A stretch of 32,000 nucleotides of DNA from contig CP126532.1 in NCBI GenBank assembly GCA_030167145.1, forward strand, positions 3,150,001 to 3,182,000, given 5' to 3'. Numbering within the stretch: position 1 is the stretch's first letter; every line of letters starts with the position of its first letter. Both the position numbers and the translations under genes were made by a program. Of this stretch, positions 8,678-17,112 are shown one piece after another. The notes below the pieces were generated by a model that saw nothing but the letters and a program-made list of their open reading frames with translations, did not search any database and was not told where the DNA came from. Source of the DNA: Ktedonobacterales bacterium. GTDB taxonomy: Bacteria; Chloroflexota; Ktedonobacteria; Ktedonobacterales; JADMIN01.

Positions 8678-10210
8678 ATGGTCTCATCCCGCAACAAGCA
8701 AGGGAGATCGCTTGCGATTATCGCCGTCGGGCACGATTCCAGCCGCTTCGCCGCGCGTCTTGCCCAGGTGATCGCGCGGCTCTACAAAGGTGATCCGCCT
8801 ATCTTCGCCATTGGCCTGTATGACGACAAGCCCACAGGGGTTGTCGCCCAGCGCCACCTGCGCCGCGTGCGTGGCATGCGCGCCCGCGACTTCAGCCTCA
8901 CCAGCGCTGAGCGCCATGCCCTCCGCAAGCACATGGGTACCAGCGAAGAAAAGGCCCGTGAGGGCGCTCCCGCCGTCCTCAGCGCCAAGCTGGTTCATCG
9001 CGTCCTCGATGAGCAACATACTCTGGAAAACATCCTCTGGATTGTAGATCAACCCTTTATCGAAGCCTGCACACCGCAGATCCGTGAGCTACGGCACGAC
9101 CTCGATGGCCCCACCGTCACGGCTGTGTGCCTGCTCAACCAACCTGGCGCCTCCCACGACGCCATCCTCCAACACCTGTATGCCTGGAACGCCACCGACC
9201 CCCTGAGCGGCCGCGCTGGCATCGCCACCACCATCCTGGTGGACTCCAGATCGCCGCTCGCCACCAATGGCAAGGGGCAATATCAGGATGATATGCTTGC
9301 CTGGGGGCTGGCGAGCATGCTTTTCGCTCCCTTGCAGGGCGAGCGCAATCCCCCGTTTAGCGTCGTAGCGCAAAGCTTCAAAGACTATCCGCTAACCGCC
9401 CTCGCCCTCGACATCAGCTATGCCCTCGAAGCGCCACCGCGCCGGGGTCTTTCCGGCATGCTCGATTCCCTCTTCCCCTTCCGGCGGCTCCGCTCCGATA
9501 AGGTCGCCGCCGATTTTCGCACGCGCATCCAGCAGATGCTCAGCGGCGCGCCCGCCACTACCTACGGCACACTCTTTGTGCCGTCCGTCACCCCGCCCGC
9601 GCCCGATCCTTCCGGTGGCTCGTACCCGTCCTCTGGCGCGCCCTATGGTACACCGCCCACGACGTGGGATTACGATCCCCACGGCTATGCCGCCGCTCAG
9701 CCAGACTATTACGCTGCCCAGGGCCAGTATGCGCCACCGGGCTACGCCACCGTCAATCCTGTCGCCTACTTCCCCGATCCCGCCAATAACGGCGCCAGCG
9801 GTGCATATCAGCCGTACCAGCAAAGCGGCGCTGGCGCTTCTGGCTCCTACGACCCTAACAATCCCTATGGCGCTTCCGGCTCCAGCCAGCCCTACGCCGC
9901 GTATCCCTCCGCGCCTCGGCCAGACTTCCCGCCGCCACCCGCGCCAGAGATCACGGAGTCGCCAGTCATCGTCAACGCGCTCGTGCCCTTCCGCCAGCGC
10001 GAGCGCCGCTTCCAGGAGCTAGCGCTCGACCTCAGTTCCTGGCTGGGCCGCGAATATCATCTCCACCCGCCCAGCCTCCTGCGCAGCAACAAGCCGATCA
10101 ACGCCCCCAGGGTCATCATCGCGGGCAAGCGCAATCGCTTCCCCACCATGGTCACCATCCTCTTCGGCGTCAACGACCCTGGCCGCGCATCCCACACCGG
10201 CGCACCCTGA
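8678..10210 (+). CDS. Soluble paralog of the 829-aa protein's cytoplasmic domain, with internal Pro/Tyr/Gly/Ala/Gln-rich disordered insert
   Basis: Strong SD GGAAGGAGG 7 nt upstream of the ATG. Motifs colinear with the upstream protein are LAIIAVGHDSSRF, NILWIVDQPFIEA, TVTAVCLLNQPG, TTILVDSRSPLA and a C-terminal MVTILFGVND (compare QVAFIYGVEN). Residues about 302-424 are low complexity. Confidence 0.6.
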   Translation: MVSSRNKQGRSLAIIAVGHDSSRFAARLAQVIARLYKGDPPIFAIGLYDDKPTGVVAQRHLRRVRGMRARDFSLTSAERHALRKHMGTSEEKAREGAPAVLSAKLVHRVLDEQHTLENILWIVDQPFIEACTPQIRELRHDLDGPTVTAVCLLNQPGASHDAILQHLYAWNATDPLSGRAGIATTILVDSRSPLATNGKGQYQDDMLAWGLASMLFAPLQGERNPPFSVVAQSFKDYPLTALALDISYALEAPPRRGLSGMLDSLFPFRRLRSDKVAADFRTRIQQMLSGAPATTYGTLFVPSVTPPAPDPSGGSYPSSGAPYGTPPTTWDYDPHGYAAAQPDYYAAQGQYAPPGYATVNPVAYFPDPANNGASGAYQPYQQSGAGASGSYDPNNPYGASGSSQPYAAYPSAPRPDFPPPPAPEITESPVIVNALVPFRQRERRFQELALDLSSWLGREYHLHPPSLLRSNKPINAPRVIIAGKRNRFPTMVTILFGVNDPGRASHTGAP

Positions 10211-10245
10211 ATCTCCATCACATCCTGGTGATCACAGCCACAACG

Positions 10246-10274
10246 AGAGCCGCGAATCGAAGATTCGCGGCTCT
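10246..10274. terminator. Hairpin between convergent genes (possible bidirectional terminator)
   Basis: Perfect 13-bp stem AGAGCCGCGAATC / GATTCGCGGCTCT with a GAA loop, between the stop at 10210 (+) and the stop at 10288 (-). T tracts are weak on both strands. Confidence 0.5.
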
Positions 10275-10287
10275 TCCCATCGTATCC

Positions 10288-11592
10288 CTACCCCTGTGGC
10301 AACATCGCCAGCGGTTTGCCACGCTTGCTCGTCGTCGCGCCGCTTTCCTCTTCAGCGTCAGCCGCCGCGTTCAGCGCCGCGATGCCCGTCTTGCGGGTGC
10401 GCCCCGCGCTCACCGGACCGAGCGACCCATCCCCCGGATACACCAGCTTCGCCTCATGCTCCGGCAGGATGTTCGCCACCTCTTGCAGCACTGCGTCCAG
10501 GAACTCATCCTCAGGTACCGTCCGCAGGAACGCGCCCTTCTTATAGATCGCCCCCTTGCCGCGCCCGCCCGAAAGTCCGATATCCGCATCCCGCGACTCA
10601 CCCGGCCCATTCACCAGGCAGCCCATCACCGCCACTTGAATCGGCGTCTGCACCTTCGCCAGCCGCTTCTCCACCTCATTGGCGATCTTCAGCACATCAA
10701 TCTCCACCCGCCCGCACGACGGGCACGAGACGAACGTCACCCCTCGCGACCGCAGTTCCAGCGACCGCAGAATCTCATACGCCACCGGAATCTCTTCCTC
10801 CGGCTCCGCCGTCAGCGAGACTCGAATCGTATCGCCGATGCCATCCGCCAGCAGCAGCGCGAAGCCAATGGACGACTTCACCGCCCCCGTCACCAGCGTC
10901 CCCGCCTCGGTGATGCCCAGGTGCAACGGCACATCGCATGCCGCCGCGAATTTGCGGTACGCCGCCACCGCCGTCAGCACATTTGAACTCTTCAGCGACA
11001 CCTTATAGTTCGTGAAGCCCAGGTCATCGGCCCAGCCGCAATATTCCAGCGCCTTCGCCACCATCCGGTCCGAAAGTTCCTCGCGCTCGCGCCGCCGCTC
11101 CTCCGCTGGATCGCTCTTCACGAACGTGCCGTCGTCCAGCCGCTGCACCGACACCTTGCGCATTTCCGCGCCGCTCTTCAGCGCGTCAATCGAGCCGGAG
11201 TTCACGCCGATCCGCATCGCCGCGCCCGCCTGCTGCACCGCAGCCACTACCTTGCTGAACGACTCCTGTCCGCCGCGTAGATTGCCTGGATTGATGCGCA
11301 CACAGTCCACACCCTGCTCCACTGCCATCAGCGCCAGTTTGGGTTCATAGTGAATATCCGCGATCAATGGGATGCCGATGCGCTTCTTGATCTCGCCCAG
11401 CGCCAGCGCGTCAATCTCTTCCGGCACTGCCACCCGCACCAGCTCGCAGCCCACCTCTTCGAGGCGGCGAATCTGCGCGACCGTCTTCTCCACGTCGCGG
11501 GTATACATCGTCGTCATAGATTGCACGGCAATCGGCGCATCCCCGCCGATCAATACATTTCCCACCGTTATCTGGCGCGTCTTTCTGCGCAT
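10288..11592 (-). CDS. ispG: 4-hydroxy-3-methylbut-2-en-1-yl diphosphate synthase (IspG/GcpE)
   Basis: RRKTRQITVGNVLIGGDAPIAVQSMT, RINPGN, and C-terminal FVSCPSCGR...MGCLVNGPGE Fe-S motifs. The ATG at 11592 has a GGGAG SD. The ORF also extends to an ATG at 11607. Confidence 0.9.
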   Translation of the reverse strand: MRRKTRQITVGNVLIGGDAPIAVQSMTTMYTRDVEKTVAQIRRLEEVGCELVRVAVPEEIDALALGEIKKRIGIPLIADIHYEPKLALMAVEQGVDCVRINPGNLRGGQESFSKVVAAVQQAGAAMRIGVNSGSIDALKSGAEMRKVSVQRLDDGTFVKSDPAEERRREREELSDRMVAKALEYCGWADDLGFTNYKVSLKSSNVLTAVAAYRKFAAACDVPLHLGITEAGTLVTGAVKSSIGFALLLADGIGDTIRVSLTAEPEEEIPVAYEILRSLELRSRGVTFVSCPSCGRVEIDVLKIANEVEKRLAKVQTPIQVAVMGCLVNGPGESRDADIGLSGGRGKGAIYKKGAFLRTVPEDEFLDAVLQEVANILPEHEAKLVYPGDGSLGPVSAGRTRKTGIAALNAAADAEEESGATTSKRGKPLAMLPQG

Positions 11593-11756
11593 GCCTGGCT
11601 CCCACATGTCTCGCTATTGTTCACTGCTCAGCGCCAGCATAGGTATCCTGACTCCGAACATAACACGCACACTATTCCGTAACAGATGATACCGCGCACC
11701 CACGCCACCCGCCACGCACGCGCGTGCGGCTGAGCGCGCACAACAACGCGCATCGC

Positions 11757-12872
11757 TCAGCGCCCCAGGTGGCTCACATCGTTGATCGTCACCAATAGCA
11801 CCAGCATCAGCAGTATTGCCATCCCCGCCAGATGTACCAGCGCCTCGCGCTCCGGGCTGATGCGCTTGCCCCGGCGCAGCACTTCGATCACCACAAACAG
11901 CAGTCGCCCGCCATCCAGCCCTGGCACCGGCAGAATATTGAAGAACGCCAGGCTCAGGCTCAGATAGCCCACCAGGAAGAGAATCGGCGACCACCCGCTC
12001 GCGGGCACTGCCGCCGCAAACTGCCCCGTCGTGTTGACGATACCGACTGGCCCCTGAAAGGCCTCGTTGAAGGGTATCTGTCCACGAATCACCTGCCCGA
12101 TTCCCTGCGCCGTGACTGAGATCGCTGTGCCCATGTCTTGTACGCCAAGGAGCGGCGCCTGCCAGAGTGGCGGGCGAATGATCGCCGCAACCTTATTCGT
12201 GTCCGCCCCGATCCCCAGCGGTGGCTTATTGGGATCGCTGCTGATACGCGCCTGCACCGGGATCGTCACCGCCGAAGCCGCGCCCGCGTGCAGGATAGAC
12301 ATCTGCACCTGCACCGATGTGGCGTGCGCGTCCGTGTTCAGTTCCGTCTGGATGGCCTTGCCGACAACGGTCGTCACATCGGAGAAGTATTTGATTGGCT
12401 GGCCATTCACGGCAACTATACGATCACCGGGCAGGAGTCCCGCATGCTGGGCGGGTGAATCTTTGGTGACTGATTGAATCACCGGCTGAAATTCCACATT
12501 GCCGATAGCCGCCGACGTGGAAAAGAGCACCACCGCCAGCAGCAGGTTCATCGTCACCCCCGCCAGCAACACCATCGCGCGGATGCCCGCTGGCTTCGCG
12601 CCGAAGGTGCGCGGGTCATAGTTGCCCGCCTCATCGGTCGTCTCGCCATTCTCTCCCGGCATCTTCACATATCCGCCGATGGGCAGCAGATTGATCGAAT
12701 AGTTCGTCTCGCCGCGCTTGAACGTAAATAGGCGCGGTGGAAAGCCAATCGCGAATTCCTCCACGCGGATGCCGGAGCGCTTGGCAGTGATGAAATGGCC
12801 GAATTCATGGGCAATGACCAGCAGCCCGAATACCGGAACCGCGGCCAGCAAATACAGTGGGTTAAACGACAC
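11757..12872 (-). CDS. rseP: RIP metalloprotease RseP (M50 site-2 protease with PDZ domain)
   Basis: HEFGHF zinc motif in the first TM segment, a central PDZ-like segment (PAQHAGLLPGDRIVAVNG), and a C-terminal NILPVPGLDGG motif. GTG start with SD GAGGGA. Confidence 0.88.
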   Translation of the reverse strand: MSFNPLYLLAAVPVFGLLVIAHEFGHFITAKRSGIRVEEFAIGFPPRLFTFKRGETNYSINLLPIGGYVKMPGENGETTDEAGNYDPRTFGAKPAGIRAMVLLAGVTMNLLLAVVLFSTSAAIGNVEFQPVIQSVTKDSPAQHAGLLPGDRIVAVNGQPIKYFSDVTTVVGKAIQTELNTDAHATSVQVQMSILHAGAASAVTIPVQARISSDPNKPPLGIGADTNKVAAIIRPPLWQAPLLGVQDMGTAISVTAQGIGQVIRGQIPFNEAFQGPVGIVNTTGQFAAAVPASGWSPILFLVGYLSLSLAFFNILPVPGLDGGRLLFVVIEVLRRGKRISPEREALVHLAGMAILLMLVLLVTINDVSHLGR

Positions 12873-12965
12873 GTCTAGTCCCTCGTTTCATCCAGCGAAA
12901 TGTCCAGCATCGCGTATTGCTCGCACTCTCTACGTTTCAATTCTCTCTCTTGTTCTGCCGCCTGC

Positions 12966-12990
12966 GGTGGGGCGGACATTCCTGTCTGCC
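12966..12990 (+). repeat. Dispersed hairpin repeat, copy A (GGTGGGGCGGACATTCCTGTCTGCC)
   Basis: Stem GGCGGACA (12971-12978) / TGTCTGCC (12983-12990) with loop TTCC, in the dxr-rseP spacer. Near-identical 25-mers occur at 18485-18509 and 23955-23979. Confidence 0.85.
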
Positions 12991-13059
12991 AGCCTAAGGC
13001 TATCTGCTCCGGCCCTGTAGCGCTGGCGTCTCGCCGGCCTCCGCCTGACCATTGGAACA

Positions 13060-14256
13060 TCACCCCTTCGCATGGCTCTCTGGTGGACGCTCGCCCGCCA
13101 GCCGTGCCACCTCATCTTGCGCCCACTGGCTTGCCGCCTGCACATCCGCCAGCGACGGCTCCGCGATCACCGTATGCCGTTCCAGCGCCGCGCCGATCAG
13201 TTCCGCAATCTCCGGCAGCCGTATCTTTCCCGCCAGGAACAGCGCCACCGCCGTCTCGTCCGCGCCTACCAGCACCGCTGGCGCCGTTCCCCCGCGCCGC
13301 CCCGCCGCGTAGGCCAGATCCAGGCACGGGAAGCGCTCGCGATCCACCGCCGCGAACTCCAGTCGCGCCACCTCGTGCCAGCGCAACTCGCGCGCCAGTG
13401 GCGTGCCCGCGCGGTCCAGTCGCGCCGGATAGCTCAGCGCATCCTGAATCGGCAGGTGCATACTCGGCAGGCTCGCCTGCATCTTGATCGAATCGTCCAC
13501 ATATTCCACCATCGAATGCACGATGCTCTGCGGCTGCACCACCACCTCGATCTGCTCATACGGCATAGCAAAGAGCCAGTGCGCCTCGATCACTTCTAGT
13601 CCTTTGTTCATCAGGGTCGCCGAATCAATCGTCACCTTCGGCCCCATATTCCAGGTCGGATGGTGCAGCGCCTGCTCCACCGTCACCTCGCGCATCTGCT
13701 CGCGGCTCATCCCTCGAAACGGCCCGCCCGACGCCGTGATAATCAGCTTCCGCACCTCCGCATGTCGCTCCCCGCGCAGACACTGCCAGAGCGCGCTATG
13801 CTCGCTATCCACCGGCAGAATCTCCACGCCGTGCCGCCGCGCCTCCGGCATCACCAGATGCCCTGCCATCACCAGCGTCTCTTTGTTCGCCAGCGCAATC
13901 GTCTTTCCCGCGCGAATCGCCGCCAGTGTTGGCTCCACGCCCACCAGCCCCGAGGTCGCCGCCACCACCATCTCCACATCGGCATGTGTTGCCGCCGCCA
14001 TCAGCCCATCCGGCCCGCGCATCGCCCGCGGCAGCAGCGCATCCAGTTGCCGCCGCACCTCCGCATCCTCGCTCGTGCAGGCCACCAACTCCGGCGCAAA
14101 CTCGCGCGCCTGTTCCGCCAGCAGCGCCACATTCCCGCGCGCCGCCAGCGCCACCACCCGGAACGCGCCCGGAAACGCGCGCACCACATCCAGCGTCTGC
14201 CGCCCGATAGAGCCTGTGCTGCCGAGAACCGCGATCCGGCGGGGTGAATCTGCCAT
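13060..14256 (-). CDS. dxr: 1-deoxy-D-xylulose 5-phosphate reductoisomerase
   Basis: N-terminal IAVLGSTGSIGRQTLDV NADPH-binding motif, plus LANKETLV, PVDSEHSA and the HPTWNMG motif. 398 aa. Confidence 0.92.
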   Translation of the reverse strand: MADSPRRIAVLGSTGSIGRQTLDVVRAFPGAFRVVALAARGNVALLAEQAREFAPELVACTSEDAEVRRQLDALLPRAMRGPDGLMAAATHADVEMVVAATSGLVGVEPTLAAIRAGKTIALANKETLVMAGHLVMPEARRHGVEILPVDSEHSALWQCLRGERHAEVRKLIITASGGPFRGMSREQMREVTVEQALHHPTWNMGPKVTIDSATLMNKGLEVIEAHWLFAMPYEQIEVVVQPQSIVHSMVEYVDDSIKMQASLPSMHLPIQDALSYPARLDRAGTPLARELRWHEVARLEFAAVDRERFPCLDLAYAAGRRGGTAPAVLVGADETAVALFLAGKIRLPEIAELIGAALERHTVIAEPSLADVQAASQWAQDEVARLAGERPPESHAKG

Positions 14257-14493
14257 GCGTACTTTTATCCTGCTCTATCTCAATCTTCTCGTCTATCTCT
14301 GATGTGCGCGCCAGCCTCACGACTCCTCGCTACCGGCACGCGGGCGCGTTACCACCAGAGTATATCACCGCCCTACGCCCGCCTCGTTTCGCCCCCACCA
14401 TTTTGCGTCTCCCTCGCGATTCTGTGCCTGGATATGCTGAGCGTGTGTTATTCTCATGCTATATCAAGCTGCCTTCTGAAAGGATAGAAGCAT

Positions 14494-14730
14494 ATGGATC
14501 TAGTGCATCAGGTAACGCCTGATGAGGCCAAAGACCAACTCAATGACCTCATCAATGCTGCGCTTCGCGGCGAGACCGTACTCATTGCTCAGGACAGTGA
14601 ACACAAAGTCCAATTGGTTCCGATTATCCACATGCAGCGCAATCGTGCCGCTGGTAGCGGCAAAGGCATCTTCACGATGAGTGACAACTTTGATGCCCCA
14701 CTCCCCGACTTCGAGGAGTATCTGCGGTGA
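14494..14730 (+). CDS. Type II antitoxin, Phd/YefM (VapB-like) family
   Basis: 78 aa. The N-terminus (TPDEAKDQLNDLINAALRGETVLI) is typical of Phd/YefM. The C-terminal SDNFDAPLPDFEEY tail is typical of antitoxins paired with PIN toxins. The stop overlaps a GTG (GTGA at 14727-14730). Confidence 0.7.
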   Translation: MDLVHQVTPDEAKDQLNDLINAALRGETVLIAQDSEHKVQLVPIIHMQRNRAAGSGKGIFTMSDNFDAPLPDFEEYLR

Positions 14731-14828
14731 GGGCGCTGCTTGATACCCACACCTTTTTCTGGTTTCACGTCATCACTTTCCCAGTCCCCTCCGTTGGCCG
14801 CGCACCAGCCCCAGATGGTATTCTGTAG
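14727..14828 (+). pseudogene. Truncated VapC (PIN-domain toxin) remnant
   Basis: The GTG overlapping the antitoxin stop opens a 33-codon frame, V-RALLDTHTFFWF-HVITFPVPSVGRAPAPDGIL*. The first 13 aa match the canonical PIN N-terminus (LLDTHxFLW, first acidic residue present). The rest of the roughly 130-aa domain is missing. Confidence 0.6.
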
Positions 14829-14942
14829 TCTAGATTTGTCTGCGTAAAATACCGGCGTTGTGCCGTGACGGTGACGAGCGAGTCAACTCGCATCTCGCGC
14901 CGGCGTACAACGAAGTACCACAGCGAGAGGGACACAATTTCC

Positions 14943-16154
14943 ATGGTTGATACAGCTTCCGCGCGCAAAGCGCACCAGAACCACAAGGTCGCGCTGCCGC
15001 CCGCCACCGACCTCTATAACATCAACTCCCTGCTCAACGAAGACGAACGCATGGTCCGCGACACCGTCCGCGAATTCGTCAAAGAGCAAGTGCTCCCCAT
15101 CATCGGCGAGCATTTCGAGGCCGGAACCTTTCCCCGCGACCTGATCCCCGCCGTCGCCCAGCTTGGCCTGCTCGGCATGCACCTCGAAGGCTACGGCTGC
15201 GCGGGCATGAGCGCCGTCTGCTACGGCCTCGCCTGCCAGGAGCTAGAGTTCGGCGATAGCGGCCTGCGCTCCTTTGTCTCCGTTCAAGGCTCGCTCGCCA
15301 TGTTCCCCATCTGGGCCTTCGGCTCCGAAGAGCAGAAGCAGAAATACCTGCCCAAGATGGCCTCCGGCGAATTCATCGGCTGCTTCGGCCTCACCGAACC
15401 CGACTTTGGCAGCAACCCCTCTGGCATGGCCACCACCGCCCGCAAAGACGGCGACTCCTACATCCTCAACGGCAGCAAGATGTGGATTACCAACGGTGGT
15501 ATCGCCGATGTCGCCGTCGTCTGGGCCAAAGCCGAAGACGGCATTCGCGGCTTCATCGTCGAGCGCGGCACCCCCGGCTTCACCACCAGCGATGTCACCC
15601 ACAAGCTCTCGCTGCGCGCCTCCGTCACCTCCGAACTCCACTTCGGCGACTGTCGCATCCCCGCCGCCAACATGCTCCCCGACGTTCGTGGCCTGCGCGG
15701 CCCGCTCTCCTGCCTCGACGAAGCCCGCTACGGCATCGCCTGGGGCGCGAATGGCGCCGCCCGCGCCTGCTACGAGTCCGCGCTGGACTATTCTAAGACG
15801 CGCATCCAGTTCGACAAGCCCATCGGCGCGTTCCAGCTTACCCAGGCCAAGCTCGCCGACATGGCCACCGAACTCGTCAAAGGCGAACTTCTCACGCTCC
15901 AGCTTGGCCGCCTCAAGGACCAGGGCAACGCCCATCCCGTCCAGGTCTCCCTCGCCAAGCGCAACAACGTCCGTCAGGCGCTCAACACCGCCCGCGTCGC
16001 CCGCTCCATTCTCGGCGCCAACGGCATCACCCTCGAATACCCCGTCAGCCGCCACATGAACAACCTCGAATCCGTCTACACCTACGAAGGCACCGACGAG
16101 ATTCACACCCTCGTCATCGGTCAGGCCGTCACCGGCCTCGCCGCCTTCGAATAA
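14943..16154 (+). CDS. gcdH: Glutaryl-CoA dehydrogenase-type acyl-CoA dehydrogenase
   Basis: GCFGLTEPDFGSNPSGM, SKMWITNG, ARYGIAWGA, LGRLKD and YEGTDEIHTLVIG motifs are colinear with GCDH-family enzymes. The ATG at 14943 (SD GAGAGGGA) is preferred over the GTG at 14865. Confidence 0.85.
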   Translation: MVDTASARKAHQNHKVALPPATDLYNINSLLNEDERMVRDTVREFVKEQVLPIIGEHFEAGTFPRDLIPAVAQLGLLGMHLEGYGCAGMSAVCYGLACQELEFGDSGLRSFVSVQGSLAMFPIWAFGSEEQKQKYLPKMASGEFIGCFGLTEPDFGSNPSGMATTARKDGDSYILNGSKMWITNGGIADVAVVWAKAEDGIRGFIVERGTPGFTTSDVTHKLSLRASVTSELHFGDCRIPAANMLPDVRGLRGPLSCLDEARYGIAWGANGAARACYESALDYSKTRIQFDKPIGAFQLTQAKLADMATELVKGELLTLQLGRLKDQGNAHPVQVSLAKRNNVRQALNTARVARSILGANGITLEYPVSRHMNNLESVYTYEGTDEIHTLVIGQAVTGLAAFE

Positions 16155-16175
16155 TCCATCCACCTCCGCAATTCG

Positions 16176-16212
16176 ACGCTGGCTACATCTTCCACGTAGC
16201 CAGCGTTTTCTC
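16176..16212 (+). terminator. Rho-independent terminator after gcdH
   Basis: 11-bp perfect stem ACGCTGGCTAC (16176-16186) / GTAGCCAGCGT (16196-16206) with a 9-nt loop, followed by TTTTCTCTT. Confidence 0.75.
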
Positions 16213-16335
16213 TTGCTCATATGCCATCTCTGCTCCGTGGCCTTGCCCTTTTCTCTCTCGTTGCTCCATACTGAACTCATCATCAGCAATCGCTTGCATC
16301 TGTATCCATCACATTGACTTAAAGGAGCGCCCGCT

Positions 16336-17040
16336 ATGGGAGTCCTCGCGTCCATGCGTTCTATGCGCCTCATCGCCGATTTCGCGCTCGATCACCATCT
16401 GCTCGACGGCCTCACCATCCTCGGCCTGCTCTTCGGCGTCCTCGGCTCCCTCTACCTCGCCTACGACCTGCTCGACCGCAAATACGGCATCCTGCGCCGC
16501 CTCACTGAGAGCCTCACCCTCGCCATGCTCACCGTGCCATTCGCCTCGCTCATCGCTCTCGACTTCGCCGCCACCGCCACCGGAGATAACCAGGACCTCG
16601 CCCCCACCTCCTCACGCGCCTGGTTCCTCTTCGTCGCCCTCGCCTGGAGCGTCGGCATGCTCGCCGGACTGGTTCAGGGCTTCTGGATCCCCATTCCCCG
16701 CTCGCGCCCTGCCAAAGTCTTCTCCGCCCGTGGCTGCCTCAACGCTTGGCCCATCTGGGTCATCGGCACGCTCATCCTCGGCGGCATCGTCTATTGGAGC
16801 CTGCGCGCCCTCGGTTCCCCCGCCGCCAACAGCGCCTCCGGCCAGCTCATCTTCCTCTCCGAAGCCGTCATGCTGCCGCTGCTCATGATCTCCGGCGGCT
16901 TCTCGCCATTCGTCCGCTGGTGGGCCAACCGCCTCCCCAAAAACACCCTCGGCGTCATCGGCGTCTTTCTCATCCTCTGCGGCTTCCTTCTCGCCATGGC
17001 CCAGCCCGTCGTCAGCATCCTCGATCTCCCCATCCACTGA
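16336..17040 (+). CDS. Hypothetical integral membrane protein
   Basis: ATG with SD AAAGGAG. It has 5-6 hydrophobic segments and no recognisable catalytic motif. Confidence 0.55.
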   Translation: MGVLASMRSMRLIADFALDHHLLDGLTILGLLFGVLGSLYLAYDLLDRKYGILRRLTESLTLAMLTVPFASLIALDFAATATGDNQDLAPTSSRAWFLFVALAWSVGMLAGLVQGFWIPIPRSRPAKVFSARGCLNAWPIWVIGTLILGGIVYWSLRALGSPAANSASGQLIFLSEAVMLPLLMISGGFSPFVRWWANRLPKNTLGVIGVFLILCGFLLAMAQPVVSILDLPIH

Positions 17041-17112
17041 CCCCGCCCTTGACCACGTCATGCGTGCTATCATCTGCTGCATCAGACACATCAAACGAGA
17101 GGCCATACTCCT

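Noticed and set aside
10228-10986. 252-aa plus-strand ORF (also 10296-10913 and 13484-14302 on the plus strand)
   Set aside because: These are antisense to ispG and dxr. They are Arg/Pro/His-rich translations with no domain signal.
15243-16373. 376-aa minus-strand ORF
   Set aside because: It is antisense to the gcdH-type dehydrogenase gene, has shadow-ORF composition (G/A/E/V-rich), and has no recognisable motifs.
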